Shown in pieces: positions 1-7,426 of a stretch of 13,687 nucleotides of DNA. Numbering within the stretch: position 1 is the stretch's first letter; the number at the start of each line of letters is the position of its first letter. The position numbers and the translations under genes are program-made. Source of the stretch: Pseudobdellovibrionaceae bacterium (GTDB taxonomy: Bacteria > Bdellovibrionota > Bdellovibrionia > Bdellovibrionales > Bdellovibrionaceae); assembly GCA_039810425.1 (NCBI GenBank), contig JBDHWW010000069.1:1-13687 (forward strand). Direction: 5' to 3'. The notes under the pieces are model-generated. The model was not told the DNA's origin. It saw only the letters and a program-made list of their open reading frames with translations, and did no database searches.

Positions 1-1
1 C

Positions 2-49
2 AAAACCGCTCCCAGCACCTACGAAGTCGTCAAATCGCGAAAGTCATAA
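2..49 (+). CDS. Possible 3' end of an upstream gene (...KTAPSTYEVVKSRKS*)
   Basis: Frame open from the window edge to TAA at 47-49, with a protein-like basic C-terminus. Too short to identify. Confidence 0.3.
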   Translation, partial: KTAPSTYEVVKSRKS

Positions 50-94
50 CGCCAGGCATGTGGATATGGAGGAAAAAGAATTGTCTTCACTCAT
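44..94 (-). CDS. Putative 16-aa small ORF (MSEDNSFSSISTCLAL)
   Basis: AGGAG (106-102, minus strand) lies 7 nt before ATG at 94; TGA at 46-44; sigma28-like promoter upstream. Confidence 0.25.
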   Translation of the reverse strand: MSEDNSFSSISTCLAL

Positions 95-131
95 GTAGGG
101 ACTCCTGTACAACGGTAAATTCTCAGTCTCT

Positions 132-159
132 CCATCGGAATTTTTCGCTCAAAACTGTG
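132..159 (-). promoter_or_regulatory. sigma28/FliA-like promoter, leftward
   Basis: Minus strand reads CACAG-N15-TCCGATGG, versus consensus TAAAG-N14/15-GCCGATAA. Confidence 0.35.
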
Positions 160-278
160 CGCACAACACCTTGAAATGACTGAATTTGTGCCAAGGTCTG
201 GGCTTCAAAATGCTGTCAAGAAACTGCGGCGGCTAGACCCTTTTCAAGACTCAATCATCGATTCTTTTTCTAAATCAT

Positions 279-305
279 CTCAGCCTGAGACATCCGCGCC
301 GAATT
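279..305 (+). promoter_or_regulatory. sigma28/FliA-like promoter for cheW
   Basis: CTCAGCCT-N11-GCCGAATT has the spacing of TAAAGTTT-N11-GCCGATAA and sits upstream of a chemotaxis gene. The -35 overlaps the palindrome TCTCA-GCC-TGAGA (278-290). Confidence 0.5.
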
Positions 306-394
306 GAAGAATTTAACAAGGAAATAACTAAAGTGCCGGCCCTAAACCTTCGAAGAGTATGTGGTGAAATTGACAATATGAAAGGCGCAAGACC

Positions 395-880
395 ATGAGT
401 GAAATGAATAAGAAAGCTAAAGCGGGCCAGTACCTAACGTTCCAGTTGAAAAATGAGCAATATGGCGTGCCTATAGAAACTGTCCGTGAGATCAACCGTG
501 TTGTTGAAATCACTCCGGTTCCACGCACGCCTGAGTATGTTAAGGGTGTCATGAATCTTCGCGGTAAAATTATTCCAGTTGTAAACCTTCGCGTGAAATT
601 TGGAATGGAGGCGCAAGAACACACTCGTGACACTTGCATCATCGTTCTTGATACGGAAATCGGTCAGGTGGGCATGATCGTAGACTCTGTAAAGGAAGTT
701 GTCGACTTGAACGATGGCCAAATTGAACCTTCTCCAATCCTCGGCAATGAACATACAATGTCTTTTGTTCGCGGCATGGGTAAGGTCGATAACCGAGTAA
801 TTATCTTGGTGGATATCGTGTCCGCTTTCTCACACGAACAATTAACTGGTATGTCTAATATCACTCAAGAAGCTGCCTAG
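395..880 (+). CDS. cheW: Chemotaxis coupling protein CheW (161 aa)
   Basis: QYLTFQL..EQYGVPIETVREI, ITPVPRTPEYVKGVMNLRGKIIPVVNLR and VGMIVDSVKEV are typical CheW motifs. Confidence 0.97.
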   Translation: MSEMNKKAKAGQYLTFQLKNEQYGVPIETVREINRVVEITPVPRTPEYVKGVMNLRGKIIPVVNLRVKFGMEAQEHTRDTCIIVLDTEIGQVGMIVDSVKEVVDLNDGQIEPSPILGNEHTMSFVRGMGKVDNRVIILVDIVSAFSHEQLTGMSNITQEAA

Positions 881-904
881 TTTTAGTTTAAACACTAAAA
901 AAGT

Positions 905-939
905 AAAAGGAAGATCCAGAAAGGATCTTCCTTTTTTTT
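905..939. terminator. Bidirectional intrinsic terminator between convergent cheW and tkt
   Basis: AAAAGGAAGATCC-AGAAA-GGATCTTCCTTTT is a perfect 13-bp inverted repeat, with a T8 run on + (932-939, its first four T's in the right arm) and an A-rich tract on the left. Confidence 0.9.
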
Positions 940-1008
940 GGCGGACCTGACTGGTTCGGCAGAACTTCCTGGTTTGCAAACTGGCCGAAAAATAGTTAAG
1001 AACTAGGC

Positions 1009-3027
1009 CTAGTCGAAGAGCTCTACGGCACCGTCGGCAATAGATTCACTGTCGATGCCGTGTTTCTTGTACAAGTCCAAAGCCGTGTACGCACTTTGAC
1101 CGAACTCGCTACGCACGCCCAGAGTATGGCACTTAAAGGTCATGCCCTCTTCCGCCAAAGCGTGGCAAACCATTTGGCCCAAACCGCCGATCAACTGGTG
1201 ATCTTCGATTGTCATAAACTTATTGTCGGTTTTCTCAAGGCATTCTTCGATAAGCGCCAGATCTAAATGATTCAAGCACGATGGGTTCAATATCACCGCG
1301 CCGATTTTATGATTCACTAACTCTTGAGCTGCTTTCAAGGTCTCTGGAACCATCGAACCGGCAGCGATCAAAGTCACCGCATTCGGGAATTTATCTGTGT
1401 TATCAAAAACAACTTGGCCCCGGCCAAGCTCATATTTCAGCCCGACCGCATACGACTTTGGAAAGTTCTCGCGTCCCAAGAAAAACACGTAAGAAGGCGG
1501 CACTTTACCCTGGCGACGAGCGTCCGCAGTTTTGCGAATCGCTTGATAAACCAAAGCATCGGCTTCCTCGCTGCAAGTCAGGGCATACGTTTCAACATGT
1601 GGAATCGATGCGAGCATCGCCATATAACTCAAGCTTTGGTGAGAGGCGCCGTCCGCCGCATCCTGGAAACCTGTGTGCGAGAATATTGCAATCACTGGAG
1701 CTTCCGACAAAGAGCTCATGATAAAAGGCAGAGCACCCTTGGTAACCCCGAATTGAGCAAAAGTATCGACTATAGGAATGTAGCCGACCTTTGAAAGACC
1801 GGCGGCCGTCGAAACCATATTGCTTTCAGCAACACCCACATCGATTGAATCCGCTGGGAATTCCTTACGGAAAGAAGCCACTCCCGTTGAGCCCGGCAAA
1901 TCCGAGGTCACGGAAACCACCGGCATGTTTTCTTTACGTGCTCGGATCAACGCACTCGCCACGCCGTTCTGGATTTTTTCGCCAATGTCTTTGACCGCTG
2001 TCGCTTTGAGGTGCGCGTCCAGCTTATGGAGCTCTTCAATCCATGCGGTGAATTCCGCTGGGTATGTTTCGCCATTGTAGATTTCACTCAAGAATGCCGG
2101 CAATTCCGCCGGGCTTTTCAGAGGGAAGCCGTGACCGCCACTTGCGGACTCGGCTGTTTTTTTTGTGCCGATGCCTTTGATCGTTTTTGCGTGAATGGCC
2201 ACGGGCTGTTGGGGATTTTTACGAGCGAGATCAATCGCCTTTGCCAAAGTCTCGTAGCACGCCTGAAGATCGTGGGCTTTTTCAAGCACAATCACGTTCC
2301 ATCCCAAAGTCTTCAAAGACTCAAATGTCGGAAGCATCGAAAAGCTCTCGGCGTCAATACGGCCTGTGAGCTTGGTGTTGTTATCGCTGATAATCATCAC
2401 ATAAGGAGCGACCTTGCCCGCCTTTGCCAAACCAGGGATTGCGGCGAAAGATTCTTTTGCCTCACCTTCCATGCTGGCACCGTCAGATACGACAGTCACG
2501 GTCACGCGATTGCGGCCTGCCAAAGCGTCGCCGATGGCCACCCCTTGAGTTTGCGGGAATGCCGAGCCCAAAGGACCATTGCTGACAAACACGCCTTGCG
2601 GGAAGCAGTGAACCTCACCGTGACCCGTCAGCGGGCTTTCAATCGACCGGAATTTTTTCAGAGAATTGATATTCAAACCCGCCATGCCGTAATTTGCTTT
2701 GAGTGCGTACAAACCATTTTCACAGTGACCGGCATCGTTCACCAAATTGTAAAGCTCGTGCCATTGTTTACCTGAAGATTTTGCCTCTTGGAAAACAAGA
2801 GCATGAAGCGCTGACATCAATTCCGCCATCGCTGCGGGACCACCGTAGTGCGAAGCCGCTCCTCCGAGAACTGCGTTCATGTCCATCAGAGAGATCAACG
2901 CACGGGTGGCACGCGGGTCAACCGCGGAAATCTTTTTACCGTCGTGGGCACGAATGTCAGTTTTGAAGAGAGGTTCTTGAGTCGGATTTCCAGCAAGTTT
3001 CGTCGGAATTTTCAATGGTTCTGTCAT
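1009..3027 (-). CDS. tkt: Transketolase (ThDP-dependent, single-chain, divergent family; 672 aa)
   Basis: ASHYGG, DAGH, LTGHGE, NGPLGS, ThDP motif SDGASMEGEAKE...DNN, TIKG.G, DVGVAESNM, DGASHQ, TIEDH..IGGLG; SD GAGGA upstream of the ATG. Confidence 0.9.
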   Translation of the reverse strand: MTEPLKIPTKLAGNPTQEPLFKTDIRAHDGKKISAVDPRATRALISLMDMNAVLGGAASHYGGPAAMAELMSALHALVFQEAKSSGKQWHELYNLVNDAGHCENGLYALKANYGMAGLNINSLKKFRSIESPLTGHGEVHCFPQGVFVSNGPLGSAFPQTQGVAIGDALAGRNRVTVTVVSDGASMEGEAKESFAAIPGLAKAGKVAPYVMIISDNNTKLTGRIDAESFSMLPTFESLKTLGWNVIVLEKAHDLQACYETLAKAIDLARKNPQQPVAIHAKTIKGIGTKKTAESASGGHGFPLKSPAELPAFLSEIYNGETYPAEFTAWIEELHKLDAHLKATAVKDIGEKIQNGVASALIRARKENMPVVSVTSDLPGSTGVASFRKEFPADSIDVGVAESNMVSTAAGLSKVGYIPIVDTFAQFGVTKGALPFIMSSLSEAPVIAIFSHTGFQDAADGASHQSLSYMAMLASIPHVETYALTCSEEADALVYQAIRKTADARRQGKVPPSYVFFLGRENFPKSYAVGLKYELGRGQVVFDNTDKFPNAVTLIAAGSMVPETLKAAQELVNHKIGAVILNPSCLNHLDLALIEECLEKTDNKFMTIEDHQLIGGLGQMVCHALAEEGMTFKCHTLGVRSEFGQSAYTALDLYKKHGIDSESIADGAVELFD

Positions 3028-3094
3028 AGGCGATATCCTCTGATAGAACTCATATTTGCGTCAACAAAAAGAGATGCTTAGGACGGGGCATGAG

Positions 3095-3103
3095 TGGTAG
3101 CTT
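3095..3103 (+). promoter_or_regulatory. Extended -10 (TGgTAGCTT), possible leaderless promoter for add
   Basis: TGn-TANNNT ends 7 nt before ATG 3111; no SD precedes that ATG. Confidence 0.35.
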
Positions 3104-3110
3104 TAAATGC

Positions 3111-4145
3111 ATGAATTCAACAAAACTTTATTCCCATGATTTGCGGGCTCTTCCTAAGGTGGATTTGCACCGCCACCTCGACTGCTCGATGCGTTGGAGC
3201 ACGATGGTGGAACTTGCACCCCACGTCGGTATCGACCTCCCAAAAGATTACAACGCTCAGAGAGAGATGCTCCTCGTAACGGGGCAGATGAAAGACCTCG
3301 GCGCGGTGTTAAACAAGTTCCTACGCGCTCAGAAGATTCTCCACTCGGAAGAAGTCCTTACGCGCTTAGGCTATGAAGCCTGCGAAGACGCGTACAATGA
3401 TGGCGTTCGCATTCTTGAACTCCGTTATGCGCCGGGTTTTATTGCCGATGGACATGGTGGACTGACTTACGAGAAAATCCACAGGGCGTTCCACAAAGGC
3501 ATAGAGATGGCCAAGAAGAATTTCCCGATGGCGGTGGGGCTCATTTGCATCATGCAGAGAATTAAACCCCTGGCTGAAGCCGAGGCTGTTTGTAATTTCG
3601 CCATTGAGCATAAAGATAGCTTCTTAGCCTTGGATCTTGCCGACAATGAGGAGGGCTTTGAGCCAAAGCCCTTCGCGCCGCTCTTTGCAAAAGCACGTAA
3701 GGCGGGGTTGCATGCCACAATTCACTCCGGCGAAGCCAACGACCCCGTAGCGCCGCAATGGGTGAGGGACTCGATCGAGATTCTCGGCGCTGAGCGCATC
3801 GGTCACGGGATTCAGATTATAAAAAACCCTGAGGTCCTCGAGTTTGTCCGTTCTAAGCGCATTCCATTGGAGGTCTGCCCGATTAGCAACTGGTTGACTC
3901 AGGCTTTTAAAACTTACGAAGAGCATCCTATCCGTGCGCTCATCAATGCCGGCATTCAAGTGACGATTAACTCAGATGATCCGGGAATCTTTGCCACACA
4001 GCTTTCAGATGATTACGAAGTTTTGAACCGTGTGCATGGCTTGACGGCGGCGGATTTTGATAAAGCCAATGATACGGCGGCTTCCGCGAGCTTTATTAAG
4101 CTTGAAGAAAAACAGAAACATTGGCCAAGAAAAATTCTTGTTTAA
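3111..4145 (+). CDS. add: Adenosine deaminase family protein (344 aa; alternative start 3090)
   Basis: LPKVDLHRHLD (HxHxD), ELRYAP, TIHSGE, ERIGHG, LEVCPISN and INSDDP amidohydrolase motifs. Confidence 0.9.
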   Translation: MNSTKLYSHDLRALPKVDLHRHLDCSMRWSTMVELAPHVGIDLPKDYNAQREMLLVTGQMKDLGAVLNKFLRAQKILHSEEVLTRLGYEACEDAYNDGVRILELRYAPGFIADGHGGLTYEKIHRAFHKGIEMAKKNFPMAVGLICIMQRIKPLAEAEAVCNFAIEHKDSFLALDLADNEEGFEPKPFAPLFAKARKAGLHATIHSGEANDPVAPQWVRDSIEILGAERIGHGIQIIKNPEVLEFVRSKRIPLEVCPISNWLTQAFKTYEEHPIRALINAGIQVTINSDDPGIFATQLSDDYEVLNRVHGLTAADFDKANDTAASASFIKLEEKQKHWPRKILV

Positions 4146-4154
4146 GGACCTCTC

Positions 4155-5300
4155 ATGGGCTTATTTCGCGCGGTTATTCTTATTCTCTTTTCTGGTTTGT
4201 TCTTTTACTCGGCCCATCAGCTAACTCGATTTGCCGGTCTTTCTTTTGCGGCAAATATGGTGGTTTTGCTTTTCCTCGCCTGCGTCTTTGGTGTCGTTTT
4301 AGCGATGCCACTTTATTTCTGGCCAGCGAATCGTAATGATCACAAACCTTGGCATGACACATTTTTCAAGCTCAGCCATCTTTGCATCGGTTATATCAAC
4401 TTCCTGATGGCGTTCATTATTTTACGGGACCTTGCCGCGTTCGTATTGAACTACCTACCCGACGAATTTAACTCTGACGCGCTCTACGATGCGAACGCCC
4501 TGGGTGTCATGCTGGCCCTACCGGTGGTTTGCATATTTCTGGGCACTCTTGTGGTCCGTGCGGGGCCCCGTTTGCTCAAGGTCGATTTGAAATTCAAAGA
4601 CCTTCCGGAAGAACTCGAAGGGCTGCGTATTTTGCATATTACGGATCTCCATATCGGCCGCAGCTTACCCACTCGATTCATTGAAAAACTTGTCGCGCTT
4701 TCCAAAAAGAATCCCGCAGATATCGCGGTCTTTACCGGCGATATTCTTGATGACATCCCGGCCCGCTATGGCGGTGCCGTTGCTCTGCTCAGAGACATTC
4801 CGAGCAAGCATGGCAGCTTCTACGTGCCGGGCAATCACGAATACTACTGGCAAGGCACGCAGGCGATCGGCGTCTTTCACAATCTTGGTTTTAATGTTTT
4901 GATCAATGAGGCTCGCAGTCTGCAGTTTGGCAATGCCGAGCTGCAAATCTGTGGCATACCTGATCCTGCCGCACACGGCTTTCAACTCGAAGGACCTGAT
5001 TTTGAAAAACTCGCAAAGAGTTTGCATCCATCCGCTTTCAAAGTTCTGCTCTCACATCAACCCGTGCTGGCAGATGCCGCCGCGCCATTGGGAATTCAAC
5101 TACAGCTTTCCGGCCACACGCATGGCGGCCAATTCTTTCCATGGAATTTGCTGATTGGTTTTTTTCAAAAATATGGCAAAGGGCTTTATCACATTCAGAA
5201 CTTGCAACTATATGTCAATCAAGGCACCGGCTATTGGGGACCAAGCCTACGCCTTGGAACTTACTGCGAATTGGCGGAAATCCGTTTGCTGCGCGGGTAA
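4155..5300 (+). CDS. Membrane-anchored metallophosphoesterase (YkuE/YaeI-like, about 4 N-terminal TM helices; 381 aa)
   Basis: Calcineurin-like motifs HITDLH, TGDILD, GNHEYY, LSHQP and SGHTHGGQ; hydrophobic N-terminus; SD AAGGA overlaps the add stop codon (9-nt gap). Confidence 0.92.
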   Translation: MGLFRAVILILFSGLFFYSAHQLTRFAGLSFAANMVVLLFLACVFGVVLAMPLYFWPANRNDHKPWHDTFFKLSHLCIGYINFLMAFIILRDLAAFVLNYLPDEFNSDALYDANALGVMLALPVVCIFLGTLVVRAGPRLLKVDLKFKDLPEELEGLRILHITDLHIGRSLPTRFIEKLVALSKKNPADIAVFTGDILDDIPARYGGAVALLRDIPSKHGSFYVPGNHEYYWQGTQAIGVFHNLGFNVLINEARSLQFGNAELQICGIPDPAAHGFQLEGPDFEKLAKSLHPSAFKVLLSHQPVLADAAAPLGIQLQLSGHTHGGQFFPWNLLIGFFQKYGKGLYHIQNLQLYVNQGTGYWGPSLRLGTYCELAEIRLLRG

Positions 5301-5493
5301 TGAGGTACGCCAGAAGCTTCATCCATGTATCGCAATTTTGAAGGCCGTAGAAACCTTCTATCCGTTTCTCAGCGCTGCATTTCCCAATAACGAACAAGAT
5401 TTCCTAGACTCAGTTGCAAAAATCTGAAAAATTAAAAAACCTGATTTAAGCGCCGCATCCGAAAAAGGTACGGCGTACCTCCGGAGGAGCATC

Positions 5494-6447
5494 ATGGCGC
5501 TGCGCGACTATTATCCTGAGATTGAACCTTACGATGTGGGCCGATTGAGAGTTTCTGAAATTCACGAGCTCTACTACGAACAAGCCGGAAATCCGAAAGG
5601 CAAACCGGTTGTGTTTTTGCACGGCGGACCGGGCGGCGGCATTCATCCAGACCATCGCAGATTCTTCGACCCAAACCACTATCGCATCATTCTTTTCGAT
5701 CAACGCGGTTCCGGCAAAAGCACGCCGATCGCAGAACTGCGCGAGAATGATACGTGGAACCTCGTCCAAGACATCGAAACTCTTCGCACAAAACTCGGCA
5801 TTGAAAAGTGGGTTGTCTTCGGTGGCAGTTGGGGCTCAACACTCGCACTGACTTACGCCATCAAACACACGGAGCGCGTCTCCGCTTTGATTCTGCGAGG
5901 CATCTTCCTCTGCCGTCCTTCGGAAATTCACTGGTTTTACCAAGAAGGCGCTTCTCAAATTTTCCCGGATATTTGGGACGAATACCTCAAGCCCATCCCA
6001 AATGGAGAGCAAAAAGACCTCGTCAAGGCGTACTACAAACGTTTGACAGATACTAATTACAACGTCCGTTTAGAAGCCGCCAAAGCCTGGAGCAAGTGGG
6101 AGGCCGCGACCTCCCGACTGATAGTTAGCCGTGAGGCCGTTGATGAGTTCGATGACCCGGATCATGCAATGAGTTTTGCCCGCATCGAGTGCCACTACTT
6201 CATCAACAATGCGTTCTTTGATAGCCCCAACTGGATCCTCGAAAACGTCCCTAAAATCCGCCACATCCCAGGCTTTATCGTGCAAGGCCGCTACGACGTC
6301 GTCTGCCCTGCCCGAAGTGCTTGGGACCTGCATAAAGCATGGCCTGAAGCAAAGCTGGTAATGACCCCAGACGCAGGCCACGCGGCGGCTGAGTCCGGGA
6401 CCCGCAGCACCCTTGTGGAGTTTTCGGACGCTTGTAAAGTTTACTAG
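5494..6447 (+). CDS. pip: Proline iminopeptidase (prolyl aminopeptidase, S33; 317 aa)
   Basis: HGGPGGG, FDQRGSGKS, nucleophile GGSWGS, ILRGIF, QGRYDVVCP and AGH; strong SD GGAGGAG. Confidence 0.96.
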   Translation: MALRDYYPEIEPYDVGRLRVSEIHELYYEQAGNPKGKPVVFLHGGPGGGIHPDHRRFFDPNHYRIILFDQRGSGKSTPIAELRENDTWNLVQDIETLRTKLGIEKWVVFGGSWGSTLALTYAIKHTERVSALILRGIFLCRPSEIHWFYQEGASQIFPDIWDEYLKPIPNGEQKDLVKAYYKRLTDTNYNVRLEAAKAWSKWEAATSRLIVSREAVDEFDDPDHAMSFARIECHYFINNAFFDSPNWILENVPKIRHIPGFIVQGRYDVVCPARSAWDLHKAWPEAKLVMTPDAGHAAAESGTRSTLVEFSDACKVY

Positions 6448-6502
6448 GTTTTTTGCCAAAAAGGCCTGTTTTTACGGACTCTTATATTACTGTTGAGAAA
6501 TG

Positions 6503-6526
6503 CCCTGAGATCGACGAAACTCTTAT
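6503..6526 (+). repeat. Intergenic element copy 1 (CCCTGAGATCGACGAAACTCTTAT)
   Basis: Aligns with 12517-12539 at 21 of 24 columns. Confidence 0.55.
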
Positions 6527-6575
6527 GACGCCTTGCATTGTGTAGGGCCGTTTGAGGGTTTTATTGGGGATCACT

Positions 6576-7409
6576 ATGAGGGGTTTTAACAAGGTCACAG
6601 CTCTGACTCGTCTGGCACTCGGCTTTTCACTGGCGGCATGCACGCCAACGAAAGAGTCTTCGTTCAACGCCACGGAAACCAAAACCCCAACGCAACAAGC
6701 GGGCATCATCGGCGGCCGAACCGTCGCCGACGGTTCAGATCTTTCTCGCAACGTTGTCTTGCTGGTCAATCCCCTGACACAAGAAGTTTGCTCGGCTGCT
6801 TTGATCGGCGGTCCCTTCGCGGTCACAGCGGCTCATTGTATTGATACCGAAAATCCTGAAAACATGTATGTCTTCTTCGCCGCAAAGCCAAATAGGGAGA
6901 CAGAACGCCGCCAAGTTTTAAAAGCAAAAGTTTCTCCTTACTGGGAGCTTCGCCGAAACGAAAGCAAGAACACCAGCGATATTGCCGTGTTTAAATTCGC
7001 TGGCAATGGTTTGCCAAAAGGCTATGAAGCCGTGAAGTTCCTCGAAGACGATTCGGTTTTGAAAAAAGGTACGTCGACGGTCACTTTGGGTTACGGCATC
7101 GACAATGCAGTCACTCAGACGGGTGCGGGCACGTTGCGCGCTACCACTTTGCAAATCAGCGATCCAAAGTTCAGCCCGACGGAATTGTTAGTGGATCAAA
7201 GGAAAGGCTCGGGCGCTTGCCACGGCGATTCCGGTGGCCCCGCTTTCGTGTATCTTAAGGACCAGCAAGGCTCCGGCGCCTACTACCTTTGGGGTATCAC
7301 CAATCATTCTTCCAGCGACGACGTCGATAACCTCTGCAACAGGAGTGTTATTTATACCAATGCGACTCTGTTCATCACTTGGATGGAACTCGTCAAGAAA
7401 AGTCTATAG
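6576..7409 (+). CDS. Lipoprotein S1 (trypsin-fold) serine protease (277 aa)
   Basis: SD GGGGA before ATG 6576; signal peptide ending in lipobox LAAC; IIGG mature N-terminus; catalytic triad in TAAHC, DIAV and CHGDSGGP. Confidence 0.93.
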   Translation: MRGFNKVTALTRLALGFSLAACTPTKESSFNATETKTPTQQAGIIGGRTVADGSDLSRNVVLLVNPLTQEVCSAALIGGPFAVTAAHCIDTENPENMYVFFAAKPNRETERRQVLKAKVSPYWELRRNESKNTSDIAVFKFAGNGLPKGYEAVKFLEDDSVLKKGTSTVTLGYGIDNAVTQTGAGTLRATTLQISDPKFSPTELLVDQRKGSGACHGDSGGPAFVYLKDQQGSGAYYLWGITNHSSSDDVDNLCNRSVIYTNATLFITWMELVKKSL

Positions 7410-7426
7410 CCCTCCCTGCCAGTTTG

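Noticed and set aside
179..194. sigma54 promoter on the minus strand (TTGGCAC)
   Set aside because: The -12 position reads CAGT rather than TTGC.
330..395. c-di-GMP-I (GEMM) riboswitch in the cheW leader, suggested by CCGGCCCTAAACC
   Set aside because: No GGCAAAC...GAAA...GACGCAAA P2 stem upstream, and no complementary 3' strand for P3/P1.
955..991. TTCGGC...GCCGAA inverted repeat / sigma28 -10-like GCCGAAAA
   Set aside because: No properly spaced -35 and only a weak, interrupted stem. At most a minor hairpin in the tkt 3' UTR.
2011..2775. 254-aa + strand ORF and the many other overlapping ORFs in the track
   Set aside because: These are antisense or off-frame shadows of well-supported genes, with no recognisable motifs.
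3111..4145. Aminodeoxyfutalosine deaminase of the futalosine menaquinone route
   Set aside because: The neighbouring genes are the classical MenF/D/H route, and no mqn genes are present in the window.
5155..5427. 90-aa ORF running into the phosphoesterase-pip gap
   Set aside because: More than half overlaps the phosphoesterase out of frame; no SD or recognisable motif. A gene remnant cannot be supported.
6448..6473. Terminator after pip (GCC-AAAAA-GGC...TTTTT)
   Set aside because: The stem is only 3 GC pairs (or 5 AT pairs), which is too weak to call.
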